A stretch of 64,000 nt of DNA, taken from positions 4,800,001 through 4,864,000 of the forward strand of contig OZ241917.1 of NCBI GenBank assembly GCA_965203805.1, in the 5' to 3' direction. Shown piece by piece: positions 48,311-57,698 of the stretch. Below the pieces are notes generated by a model that was not told the origin of the DNA, did no database searches, and worked only from the letters and a program-made list of their open reading frames with translations. The stretch comes from Candidatus Latescibacterota bacterium. GTDB lineage: Bacteria; Latescibacterota; UBA2968; GCA-2709665. A program made the translations under genes and the position numbers. Positions within the stretch are counted from its first letter, which is position 1; every line of letters begins with the position of its first letter.

Positions 48311-51300
48311 ATGATGGATACCAGCACATTCCTGAATCCTCCTGCCCCCTATCGAATTCTGCCGACCTGGACATGGAACAGCACGGTCGAAGACGGAGAA
48401 ATCGTGCGTCAGATCCGGGAGATGGGTGAAAAGGGTCTGGGCGGTTTCTGCCTGTCCGCGGGGCCGGGGCTTCGCATTCCGTACCTTTCCAGAATCTGGT
48501 TCGACCGGGTTCGGGTGGCCGTGGAAACCGCCCGCGAGGTCGGACTTCAGGTCTGGCTGCACGACGAATATCCCCATCCCCACAGCATCAGCGGCGTTCA
48601 GGTATCGTTAGGCTACCCGCAGTATCGGGCCCAACATCTTACGTTTGACGAAATCACGGTCCAGGGTGGGCAGCAGGTCGACATGGAGCTTCCATGGGGC
48701 ACCGTATTACGCGCGCTGGCCGTTCCGCTGAAACGCGACCGGTGCCTCTGGGAGGACGTCGCGGATATCGGTGAAAATATCGGTGCGAATCAACGCCAGG
48801 AAATATACCGCGAGCACCCGGAAGACGCGGTTTACCACAACAAACGGTTTCTTGCCCGCGACCTCACGCACCGCCTGTTCTGGAAGGCTCCGCCGGGACG
48901 CTGGAGAGTGCTTGTTTTCATCCAGCGGGAAAACGAAGCGGCGCAACCCCATGGAATCCACTTCGATCCGTTCAACGCGGATGCCGTCGCCTGTTTTCTG
49001 GAGACCACGCACGGAAGGTACGCCAAGGGGCTGGCAGACGATTTCGGCCGCGTGATTCAGGGCATTTTTACCACCGAGACGTTTTCTACTCCCGGCAGAT
49101 GGCCGTGGTCTCCGACATTGCCCCGGGTATTCAAGGACCGGAACCGGTACGACCTGCTCAAATGCCTCCCGGCGCTGATGACCTATTTCGGCCCGAACAC
49201 GGCCCGGATCCGGTACGACTACTTCCAGACGCTGAGTGAGATGCTCAGGGACAACTTCCATAAACCCTTCGAGAGGTGGTGCGCGAAACGCAACGTGCTG
49301 CACGCGGCCGACGTCACCGTCTTCAGGAACGCCCACCGGCGCAACGTACATATTCCCGGTACGTGCGGAGGCGGCGAAAAGGTTGGCGGGTTCAGAGACG
49401 GGGACGCGCACGCCGCCTCGTATCGCCGGAACCCCAGGTTCTCCGTTTCGGAGAACGACGGGGGTCGCGCGTTTAACACGTGCTTCCAGGGTACCGGCTG
49501 GTCTCTGACGCTCCAGGATATGAAGTGGACGATCGACCGGATGGGCGCTCTCGGCGCGAATCTCTTTCACGCTCGGGGATTGTCTTACACCCTCGACGGA
49601 CTGCGCAAGCACGACAGTCCGCCCTCGATTTTCCATCAGAACCCGTACTGGAAACATTTCCGACTTCTGGCAGACTACGCCGGCCGCCTATCCTATGTCC
49701 TCAGCCAGGGACGCCGGAGGGCCAATCTGGCACTTCTGGATCCGGTGACGAGCCTCTGGGCGCACCTGGGCAGTCCTGGCCTCGGTTGGGAATATATCGG
49801 ATACGACGAGGATGAGGCCAAGCTGACCCGGCGGCTTGCCACAGATTGGGCGTACCTGATAGAGTCCCTATGCCGGATGCAGCGCGACTTCGACTCCCTG
49901 GATCCGGAAACCCTCGCGGTGGCGCGCGTCGCCGGAAACCGGCTGCAGATTGACGGCGCCGGCTACGACGTACTCATCCTTCCGCCCATTACAAACCTGG
50001 AGCGCGACGCGTTCGAACGCATCAGGCAATTCATCAATGCCGGCGGCAGAGTCATCTGTCTCGGCCTGCTTCCGATCGAAGACATCCAGGAGGGTCCATC
50101 GGTTGTCGAGGCTTTCTCCCGCCTGACCGATATGGAGCCCGGCAGAATGAGGCGGGACTATATCGGCCACGAACTTGGCGTACATCTCATTCAGCGGGGA
50201 AACCTCTACTTCATTCGTACGGGTGGTTCCGTGGAAAAGAACCGCGGTGCGCGTATGCTGGGCGATCTGCTCCACCGGATCCTTCCGCCGGACGTGAACG
50301 TCGAGACCGACAAGAAGCACGGTTCGGCGATATTGGCGCAGAGACGAGAGACGGCAAACGAAGATCTGTTTTTCTTTGCCAATACCGACCGGACCGCCTT
50401 CACGTCCCGGATCACCCTCGTGGTTCCGCCTCACAGGCGAAAGGTGGAACGGTGGGACCTGGAAACCGGCAGGCGTACCCCATTGCCCGTGAAGCGCGAA
50501 GGCGACCAGGTCAGGCTCAACGTCACCTTCGAACGTTTGCAGTCCCATCTGATCGTCGCGTCAGAAGACAAACCGCAGCCTCCCGCCGAATCGGAAACGG
50601 CGGCCGTTTTACGTCCCGACGGAAACGACCCGTGGAAAGTCGATCCCGAAGAGGACAACTGCCTTCGCCTGGACAGGTTCCAGATGCAACTCGATCCCCA
50701 GAACAAGGGGATCGAGCAGGGCTGGCACAAACCGGGCTACAGGGACAATCGCTGGACGTCCGTAACCCCCAAGCCGGTTGTCGACCAGATCGGAGACCTG
50801 TCGTCTCTTTCCGGACTGCCCTTCACGTTTAATAGCGGCGGACCGGGCAAGACCGCCGGTCCCGGTATCGAATTCCCCCTGGTCTGCTGGTTCAGAACGG
50901 CATTTTCCGCTGACGTCGTGCCGTCCAAACTGTCCCTGGTCATGGACCGCAGCGCCATTCTGGGCAATTACCAGATCTATCTGAACGGCGTCCGACTGCC
51001 TGGCAAGGCTTTTCGTCCCACTTTCAGGTACGACCACAACAACGTCACTTGTGCGGTGGTGCGCCGCGCTACGACGGGAAGGAACGTGCTGGCCATCCGC
51101 GTGGAACTGGACGAGCTCAACCAGGGCCTCGTCGACGCCTTTTATCTGTTCGGAAAATTCGGAGTGAGGCGCTGGCTCAACCACTATTTGCGAATGGTTG
51201 CCCCGGTCGACCGTGGTTTCCCGGGTGAGCTCGACGAGCAGAAGATGCCGTATTACGCGGGCACGGTCGTGTACACGAAGGATATGACGTTTGCCGAACT

Positions 51301-51553
51301 TCCCGAGACCGAACAGTTCGTTTTTTCGCTCGAGGAGGAACTCAAGGACGTTTCCGATATCGTAGAGGTGGTCATCAACGGCCGCTCCCTGGGGACAAGG
51401 GCCTGGGCGCCCTACAAGTGGACGGCCGGAACCGAATGGCTGAAACCGGGAAAGAACCGAATCGTGGTCCGGATGACCAACACCCTTTCCCGGCTGCTCA
51501 CCGGCTGTGAATTCGAGACCCGAACCCACTCTCTGGAACCCGTCAAACTATAG
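48311..51553 (+). CDS. Large glycoside hydrolase-like protein (GH106/alpha-rhamnosidase-like)
   Basis: WTWN, G.GGF, YLS..WF, WLHDE and PPS.F.Q.PYW motifs; C-terminal sugar-binding domain (G.RAWAPY, G.NRI.V..TNTL). Confidence 0.75.
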   Translation: MMDTSTFLNPPAPYRILPTWTWNSTVEDGEIVRQIREMGEKGLGGFCLSAGPGLRIPYLSRIWFDRVRVAVETAREVGLQVWLHDEYPHPHSISGVQVSLGYPQYRAQHLTFDEITVQGGQQVDMELPWGTVLRALAVPLKRDRCLWEDVADIGENIGANQRQEIYREHPEDAVYHNKRFLARDLTHRLFWKAPPGRWRVLVFIQRENEAAQPHGIHFDPFNADAVACFLETTHGRYAKGLADDFGRVIQGIFTTETFSTPGRWPWSPTLPRVFKDRNRYDLLKCLPALMTYFGPNTARIRYDYFQTLSEMLRDNFHKPFERWCAKRNVLHAADVTVFRNAHRRNVHIPGTCGGGEKVGGFRDGDAHAASYRRNPRFSVSENDGGRAFNTCFQGTGWSLTLQDMKWTIDRMGALGANLFHARGLSYTLDGLRKHDSPPSIFHQNPYWKHFRLLADYAGRLSYVLSQGRRRANLALLDPVTSLWAHLGSPGLGWEYIGYDEDEAKLTRRLATDWAYLIESLCRMQRDFDSLDPETLAVARVAGNRLQIDGAGYDVLILPPITNLERDAFERIRQFINAGGRVICLGLLPIEDIQEGPSVVEAFSRLTDMEPGRMRRDYIGHELGVHLIQRGNLYFIRTGGSVEKNRGARMLGDLLHRILPPDVNVETDKKHGSAILAQRRETANEDLFFFANTDRTAFTSRITLVVPPHRRKVERWDLETGRRTPLPVKREGDQVRLNVTFERLQSHLIVASEDKPQPPAESETAAVLRPDGNDPWKVDPEEDNCLRLDRFQMQLDPQNKGIEQGWHKPGYRDNRWTSVTPKPVVDQIGDLSSLSGLPFTFNSGGPGKTAGPGIEFPLVCWFRTAFSADVVPSKLSLVMDRSAILGNYQIYLNGVRLPGKAFRPTFRYDHNNVTCAVVRRATTGRNVLAIRVELDELNQGLVDAFYLFGKFGVRRWLNHYLRMVAPVDRGFPGELDEQKMPYYAGTVVYTKDMTFAELPETEQFVFSLEEELKDVSDIVEVVINGRSLGTRAWAPYKWTAGTEWLKPGKNRIVVRMTNTLSRLLTGCEFETRTHSLEPVKL

Positions 51554-51652
51554 GTAACCGAGGCCGGCCGGCGCGGACGCACGCCCTCACCGGAGGAACC
51601 GGATGCGCCGTTGACCCCCGCTGCCGGCGTCATAAATACCGTATCGGGCAAG

Positions 51653-51686
51653 AAAAAAAGCGGCCTCACGTTGAGGTCGCTTTTTC
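51653..51686. terminator. Intrinsic terminator
   Basis: AAAAAGCGGCCTCA-CGT-TGAGGTCGCTTTTT hairpin. Confidence 0.7.
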
Positions 51687-51873
51687 GTATAATACGAACG
51701 GTGAGATTCACCGAACGCCAATGCGCCGCGGTCGGGAGGAAATGCAGGCGGGAGGGTTGTCCTGTCAGAGAGTCGTCCGCTCCGTTCGTGCGTGAAGCGA
51801 GAACCGGCCGCATTCAAGCGGCGCCGTTCGTTGTCACTGATCTCGGCAGATGTCATTTCAAATGGAGATAAAT

Positions 51874-52137
51874 ATGAAAAAGGGATGGATCGCAGCTGGC
51901 GTGGCGGCGGCACTGCAGGGATTTCTTCTGGTGGCGGCGGGTGTCATCTTCGCCGCCCTGTTCCTCATCAAGATCCTCTGGGCGTGGACGATTCCCGATC
52001 TGTTTCCCGGTGCAGTGGAACAGGGACTCATCGCGGGGGAAATCTCCTGGTTTGCATCCCTCAAGCTCGCGCTGTTTCTCGGAATCCTGTCGGCGATAAT
52101 CGGGGGAGGAAACGTGTCTACGTCGGTTTCGAGGTGA
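51874..52137 (+). CDS. Small membrane protein
   Basis: GGAG RBS; two hydrophobic segments; WAWTIPDLFPGAV motif. Confidence 0.7.
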   Translation: MKKGWIAAGVAAALQGFLLVAAGVIFAALFLIKILWAWTIPDLFPGAVEQGLIAGEISWFASLKLALFLGILSAIIGGGNVSTSVSR

Positions 52138-52199
52138 GAGTCACGCAAAGCAGCGATCAGCTAAAGGCGTTAGCTTTAACTAAGAGACAATAGTCAACT

Positions 52200-52476
52200 T
52201 CAAATTCAAGATCCACATCTCCCCAAATTCCCTGCCTACGGCGTGTTCCTTTTGAAGCGACCAAAAGGAACCAAAAGTCGCCGCTGGGCGCGGGGCCTGC
52301 CATATGCACAGCGCGAACACCCTCACAGGATGCACAGGATCCTCTGCCCTGACACCCTCAGTGGAACATCGAACAATGTCGATCGACGGATCAGCGCGCT
52401 CTGCTCTGGTAGCCCTCCGGTCAGGATGTCATTTCGTAGACCGATCGGCGACTGAATGATGAGGACAGCCGTCAGC
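52200..52476 (-). repeat. 277-bp non-coding repeat, copy B (inverted relative to copy A)
   Basis: Reverse complement aligns without gaps to 39472-39748. Confidence 0.9.
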
Positions 52477-52541
52477 TTGAACCAGGAGATCAATCAGTGG
52501 ACGTGTGCGCCGTAAATCGGCAGAACCCTGAATGGCGCACG

Positions 52542-52562
52542 CCTCTCCCGTGGGGAGAGGGG
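52542..52562. repeat. Short REP-like palindrome
   Basis: CCTCTCCC-GTG-GGGAGAGG. Confidence 0.5.
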
Positions 52563-52632
52563 GAGCACAGCGAAATGCCTTCAAGTGATTACAGTATTTG
52601 ATATGATTGATGATACGTGATCGGATACCCAG

Positions 52633-53385
52633 ATGAAATTCGACGACGGGTCGTACTACAAGGCATACGATCACAACTATCGCGTCGCCTATGAAGAAGG
52701 ATTGACGTACCTTGGCGAAGGGGGATCGCAGAAGGCCGCCCTTGAGCGTCTGGAGGGAATGGTCCGAAGAATCCCGCATTCGCCGACGGAAACAGAGATT
52801 CTTGACCTGGGATGCGGAGATGGCACGGTAGGAATTTTTCTGGCCGGACTGGGATACCGGTACCTGGGTATCGACATCTCGGAGGCTGCAATCGAACGCG
52901 CGAGTCAGCGGTCTGCCGAAGCCGGCGCGGATGCGGGATTCCGGGTAGCGAATGTGCTGGATACGGATACGTTGCCGGCCGACGGATTCGACATCATTCT
53001 CGACTTCTATTGCTTCCACATGCTGGTTGTCGACGCCCACCGGAAAAACTACCTGAGAAACGTCAGACGGGCCATGCGGGACGGAGGATATTTCATCCTC
53101 TTCGGCTCGCACGACCCGGAGGCGTACGAGGGCCCGGTGGATTCGTTCGCCGAATTCTGCAAACAAACGGGCGCCAACACGTCCGGCGTCCCTCTTCAGA
53201 AACGTAGGGGAAACCGTTGGCAGGACGTGAAAAGCAGGAGCGTATTCCTGATGGGGCGCTCGCGCAGCCTGAAGGGCTATCGGGAGGAACTGACCGCGGC
53301 GGGTTTCAGGATCCTGTATCATACGACGTATCGCTATCCCCCTGCCGCGGGCTTCCTGATGCAAAGGGAACGGCAAGCGTCTTGA
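52633..53385 (+). CDS. Class I SAM-dependent methyltransferase
   Basis: LDLGCGDG, GIDISE.AI and FDIILD..CFH motifs. Confidence 0.9.
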   Translation: MKFDDGSYYKAYDHNYRVAYEEGLTYLGEGGSQKAALERLEGMVRRIPHSPTETEILDLGCGDGTVGIFLAGLGYRYLGIDISEAAIERASQRSAEAGADAGFRVANVLDTDTLPADGFDIILDFYCFHMLVVDAHRKNYLRNVRRAMRDGGYFILFGSHDPEAYEGPVDSFAEFCKQTGANTSGVPLQKRRGNRWQDVKSRSVFLMGRSRSLKGYREELTAAGFRILYHTTYRYPPAAGFLMQRERQAS

Positions 53386-53496
53386 ATGGCAGATGGATTC
53401 AAGCGGAGTGATTCCATGAAAAATCTCGGCGTCGGCTGCTCACGGTGTTACTTGAGGTAACGCATTCACCTCTTCCTTCAGGCACTGAGGAATGGC

Positions 53497-53925
53497 ATGC
53501 CTGAGCGCGACTACAGTCTTACGTGGTACCACGGCTCTCAGCAAGCGTTGACAGAACTTCGCGTTGGAAGTTCGATCACGCGGGTCCGCGACCTGGCAAA
53601 GGCGTTTTCTCACCGGCCGACGCTTGTCTGTATGTCTGATCCGGGCGAGTCGATTTCTCTCAAGATTACGGTTACGCACAACGGCGTCACGCCGGGTTTT
53701 CTCTATGCTGTTTCCGAGCAGATCGACCCGCGGGATATCTATCCGCATCCTCACCCGGTGAATGCCGATCGTTGGGAGTGGCTGACCCGGCGGGAACTGA
53801 AGCTGCAGTTCATCGAAAAGACCATCGTGACGGACCGGGAACGCCTGACCGACGAAGAAATCTCAGACCTCAGGCGGAAGCAGAAGGAACGTGGCGAGGA
53901 GACGTTTTTGGAGCGGTCAGATTGA
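53497..53925 (+). CDS. Hypothetical protein, possibly ADP-ribosyltransferase fold (Arr-like)
   Basis: N-terminal WYHGS..L..LR.GS, G.LY.V and a late EWL.R..L strand; GAGG RBS. Confidence 0.5.
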   Translation: MPERDYSLTWYHGSQQALTELRVGSSITRVRDLAKAFSHRPTLVCMSDPGESISLKITVTHNGVTPGFLYAVSEQIDPRDIYPHPHPVNADRWEWLTRRELKLQFIEKTIVTDRERLTDEEISDLRRKQKERGEETFLERSD

Positions 53926-54017
53926 AATGTTGCGAAAAACGGATTCGATGCAATTCCCTGATAGCCGCGGAGTTCGTGAAGTTGGAAACTTCAGGTCAAT
54001 TTGGGGTGTCATCTCCT

Positions 54018-54336
54018 ATGCCGTGTGTTTACATTGAAACTACTATAGTCAGTTATCTGACGGCGCGCCAGTCTCAGAGTCTGCTGGTAGCAGCCTGGCA
54101 AGACGTGACGGTCACGTGGTGGAGTTACCAGCGACAGGATTTCGATCTTTGCACGTCGGCCCTCGTCATTGAGGAAGCCAGCCGCGGCGATCAGGAAGCG
54201 GCAGCACGCAGAATAGCACATCGACAATGCGCTGATCAAACCGCAGTTTCGGGCAATATGCCTAAAACATGGGTATCCCAGCCCCGAAATCTGTACCCCC
54301 CAGGAGATGGTCGGAGGTCTGCCCGATGAAAGATGA
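54018..54336 (+). pseudogene. PIN-domain (VapC-like) toxin with internal deletion and frameshift
   Basis: N-terminus VYIETTIVSYLTAR...EEASRGD..AA.RR; the C-terminus HIDNA...ICTPQEM resumes in another frame at 54217; the central part is missing. Confidence 0.78.
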
Positions 54337-54508
54337 AGTCATCGTCGCCCTGTGGAAGATCAAAGAGGAAATCGCACGGGAGCACGAATATGACGTGGAC
54401 CGTCTGGGCGCAATGGTCCGCGAAAAAGAGCGTGAGTACGCGTACAGAGTCGTAGACCGGGCACGTTCGAAGAAATCGGATACGTGCCAGGATTCCGGAG
54501 ATTCGTAA
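54326..54508 (+). CDS. Small protein, probable antitoxin partner of the PIN gene
   Basis: MKDEVI..LWKIKEEIAREHEYDVDRL; GGAGG RBS; overlaps the PIN stop. Confidence 0.65.
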   Translation: MKDEVIVALWKIKEEIAREHEYDVDRLGAMVREKEREYAYRVVDRARSKKSDTCQDSGDS

Positions 54509-54656
54509 TACAAACGTCACTCATCACGCGATCGCCGTAACAGCTTGAACCGCGTTTGACCTCATACTTTCGACATCCACAATTTGGCGATCTGGATCAT
54601 GCGTGGCGTAGGCATGGCCTTTCGCGATCCGGCCGCGCGGGCCGGTGGAGGTTGCG

Positions 54657-55739
54657 ATGAGACGGTCTCTGGCATTGGTTCTTCTCTGGGCGTTCTCGGC
54701 GCTGGCGGCGGCTGGAGCGTCCGCCTGCGACAGCGATACGGGGACCGCCGGGTCCTACGCATCCCGCGCCGGCGCCGTTCTGGGGACGTACCGCCCGGCG
54801 CCGCCGGACCGCTCGCCGGAGACCATGGCGCGCGCGGCGGCCCGCTTCCTGGGTTCGCTGAACGAGGCGCAGAGCCAGGCCGCGCGCCACGGCCTGGCGA
54901 GCCCCGAGAGACGCAGGTGGACCAACGCCCCAGTTCGCGGGCCGGCCGGCGGCGTCGCGCTGGGCGACCTGGACAACGACCAGCTTCGCGCCTTCTCGGA
55001 CCTTCTGGCGGCGCTGCTCAGCGCGAAGGGCTACGCCAAGGTACGGGACGTCATGCTGGGGGACGACCTGCGCGCCGTTATCGACGGCGAGCCGAATGAG
55101 GGGGTGGGGATCGAGGCCTTCCGCTTCGTCCTGTTCGGGGAACCCTCGGCGGCGTCGCGATGGGCGGTGCAGCTCGACGGGCATCATGTCGCGCTCAACG
55201 TCACGCTCGATGGCGACGCCTATTCCCTGTCGCCGAGCTTCATCGGCACCTACCCGCAGGCGTTCACCGTGGCGGGCGTGAAGTTGCGGCCGCTGGGCGC
55301 GGAGACGGATCTCGCGCACAGTCTGGCCGGCAGCCTGACGCCGGAGCAGCGCGCGCTGGCGGTGATTGCCGACCGGCGCGGCGCGCTCCGAGTCGGGCCC
55401 GGCCGGGACGGCGTCGTCCCGGAGCCCGTCGGCATACCCGGTAGACTGCTGGACGGGACTCAGAGGGAGAAACTCGTCGCCCTCGCCTCGCAGTGGTTCG
55501 ACCTCATGCCGCCGGACCCTGCGCGGGCGCACAAGGCGCGGTTTCTCGACGGGCTGGGCGAGACCCGGTTTGCCTGGAGCGGCCCGCTCGCGGCCGGGAG
55601 CGACGTCTCTTGGGCCATACAGGGGCCGTCGATAGTCATCGAGTATGCGAACGACGCGCGGGGCGGCGCCGACGCCGGCAATCCCGCGGATCACGTGCAC
55701 TCCGTCTATCGGGACCTCGACCGAAACCTGGGGCTGTAG
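54657..55739 (+). CDS. DUF3500-like exported protein
   Basis: Signal peptide; WTNAP..G, LS..GY.K, FG.P, W.VQ.DGHH..LN, IQGP...IEY and H.HSVYRD motifs. Confidence 0.75.
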   Translation: MRRSLALVLLWAFSALAAAGASACDSDTGTAGSYASRAGAVLGTYRPAPPDRSPETMARAAARFLGSLNEAQSQAARHGLASPERRRWTNAPVRGPAGGVALGDLDNDQLRAFSDLLAALLSAKGYAKVRDVMLGDDLRAVIDGEPNEGVGIEAFRFVLFGEPSAASRWAVQLDGHHVALNVTLDGDAYSLSPSFIGTYPQAFTVAGVKLRPLGAETDLAHSLAGSLTPEQRALAVIADRRGALRVGPGRDGVVPEPVGIPGRLLDGTQREKLVALASQWFDLMPPDPARAHKARFLDGLGETRFAWSGPLAAGSDVSWAIQGPSIVIEYANDARGGADAGNPADHVHSVYRDLDRNLGL

Positions 55740-55798
55740 GCCGGGCGGCGGCAGTCCTTCCCGCCTTGACGGGAAACCGATCGGAAAACGGTACGACG

Positions 55799-56053
55799 AT
55801 GACGAAATCGCCCGCCAGAGCCTTGCACAAGCACATCCGCATCGTTCCCGAGCAGTGGCGCCGCATCGAGAGCGCCGCCGCGGGCACCGTCTGCTTGTCC
55901 AACCAGCTTCTTGTTGAGCTCGCGATGGAGGCGCTCGACCGCCGCGAATCGCTCGGCCCGGACGCGGGCCGTGTCGGCGGGGGGTCGCAGGCGAGACCGT
56001 CGAACACGCGCACGACGGCGTGGGTGAGCGGAACGAATTCCTTCAAGCGTTAG
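55799..56053 (+). pseudogene. Probable truncated ribbon-helix-helix-like DNA-binding protein fragment
   Basis: HKHIRI.PEQW.RIE.AA......NQLLVELAMEALDRRE, followed by low-complexity sequence. Confidence 0.4.
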
Positions 56054-56136
56054 TCGGACGTGCAAGATTCATCGAGCCTGCTCTACGCTCAGTGACGTAT
56101 ATTTCAGCCCCAACCATACCTGGAGGTACGTGATTC

Positions 56137-56544
56137 ATGACCCCATGGAAGATCAACCTGGACGATGTGCCTGAAGAACATCAGGAATGGACGTGGAAGA
56201 CCGGAAAGTACGAACGCTATCGCCGGCATGTCTCCGTCGCCCTTGGAAACACCCCGGAAACGCCGCATCCGTTCGACGTGGAACTGACGCGTCTGCCCCC
56301 GGGCGCGCGTCCGTGTCCCGTGCACTCGCACGACCGGATGTGGGAGTTCTTCATCGTCGTATCGGGCCGCGCCGTGGTGGACCGCGACGGGGAATCCACC
56401 GAAGCCGTCGCCGGAGACTGCTTCATGCAGCCGGCCTGCACGCGGCACCGGATCCGGAACGCCAGCGACACGGAAGACCTGGTCTTCTACGTGATCGCGA
56501 ACGACCCCGGCGTTCCCATTGTGAGCCGCAAATACGAGGTCTGA
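56137..56544 (+). CDS. Cupin domain protein
   Basis: P.HSH....EFF.VVSG, GD and H.IRN motifs; GGAGG RBS. Confidence 0.88.
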   Translation: MTPWKINLDDVPEEHQEWTWKTGKYERYRRHVSVALGNTPETPHPFDVELTRLPPGARPCPVHSHDRMWEFFIVVSGRAVVDRDGESTEAVAGDCFMQPACTRHRIRNASDTEDLVFYVIANDPGVPIVSRKYEV

Positions 56545-56711
56545 TCGGAGGGGCGAACCGCACGGTCCGCCCGCCGCTGTCATCCGCCACGAACGCCGCG
56601 CCCGGAGCTACGCCCGGTCCGTCGACGGGTCTCCGCGTACTTCCTCGTCGCTGAATCCCCTCCTCCGCTCGTGTCGGGTATTCGTTTGCATTCATCGCCA
56701 GGGGATCAGAA

Positions 56712-57599
56712 TTGGGGTTCTCCATCTCCGCCGGTGAGATCTTCGGACTGACGTGCTCGTTCGTCTGGGCGCTGAACAGCCTGATGGTGCGCACGCAGTC
56801 ACAGGCCATCCCGCCGGCGATGATGAACGGCATCCGGTGCGCCGTCGCCACCGTCTTCTTCTGGGCGCTGCTCCCGTTCGGCCCCCCGCTGTCCAGCTAC
56901 GCCCACGTTACCGGCACGGAATGGGCGCTCCTGGTGGGCGGGCTGCTGATCGGCATGGCCATGGGCGAAACGATGTACCTTGCGGCGATCAGGGAGATCG
57001 GCGTTTCTCGCGCAATGGCGCTGTCCGGGACTTTCCCGCTGTCCACGTTCTTCTTCGAGTGGGCCCTGCTGCAGAATCCGTTCAGCCGGCGATTCTTTCT
57101 CGGGATCTGCCTCGTGGCGCTGGGTGTGCTCTTTCTGTCGAGCCGGGCCCGGCAGCCGGCCGGCGAGCGGCCCGACCGGCTGGCGCTGGGCGTATTCCTC
57201 GCGCTGTTCGCCTGTCTGTTATGGGGCCTGAGCACGGTCATGCTCAAACCGGCGATCGCCCACATGACGTCGGTGCAGGCCAACAGCGTCCGCGTGCCGC
57301 TTACCGCCGCGGTGCTCTTTCTGGTCCGGGCGTGGGCGGGCCCGGTGATGCGCATCCGGGAAATCGACCGGCGGGCGCTGTTGATCGTGGCCGCCAGCGG
57401 CATCGTCGGCGTGGGCGCCGGATCCCTGTTCTACGTGATGGCGATCGACCGCATCGGTCCCGCGAAGATGGCCACCCTGGCGTCCGTCTCTCCCGTCATC
57501 GGGATGCTGATGGCGGTTATCTTTCTCAAGGAAAAGCTGACGCTGCGGCTGGTGGGTGGCGTGGTGCTGTGTGTGGCGGGGGTGTGGATGGTCCTGTGA
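56712..57599 (+). CDS. DMT/EamA family transporter
   Basis: Two EamA-like repeats of about 10 TM in total; FLKEKL near the C-terminus. Confidence 0.88.
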   Translation: MGFSISAGEIFGLTCSFVWALNSLMVRTQSQAIPPAMMNGIRCAVATVFFWALLPFGPPLSSYAHVTGTEWALLVGGLLIGMAMGETMYLAAIREIGVSRAMALSGTFPLSTFFFEWALLQNPFSRRFFLGICLVALGVLFLSSRARQPAGERPDRLALGVFLALFACLLWGLSTVMLKPAIAHMTSVQANSVRVPLTAAVLFLVRAWAGPVMRIREIDRRALLIVAASGIVGVGAGSLFYVMAIDRIGPAKMATLASVSPVIGMLMAVIFLKEKLTLRLVGGVVLCVAGVWMVL

Positions 57600-57616
57600 C
57601 GTACGGGTCCGATGTG

Positions 57617-57640
57617 TATACACACACTTGTGTGTGTATA
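57617..57640. promoter_or_regulatory. Perfect palindrome, operator-like
   Basis: TATACACACAC-TT-GTGTGTGTATA. Confidence 0.45.
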
Positions 57641-57698
57641 TTTCGCCGTCCTCCACACATCGTTGATAACGGCACGTTTGTCGAAATTGGCTGGAGAC

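Noticed and set aside
53772-54329. 185-aa ORF as an intact gene
   Set aside because: It is a chimera of sequence overlapping the 53497 gene, the PIN N-terminus and out-of-frame residues
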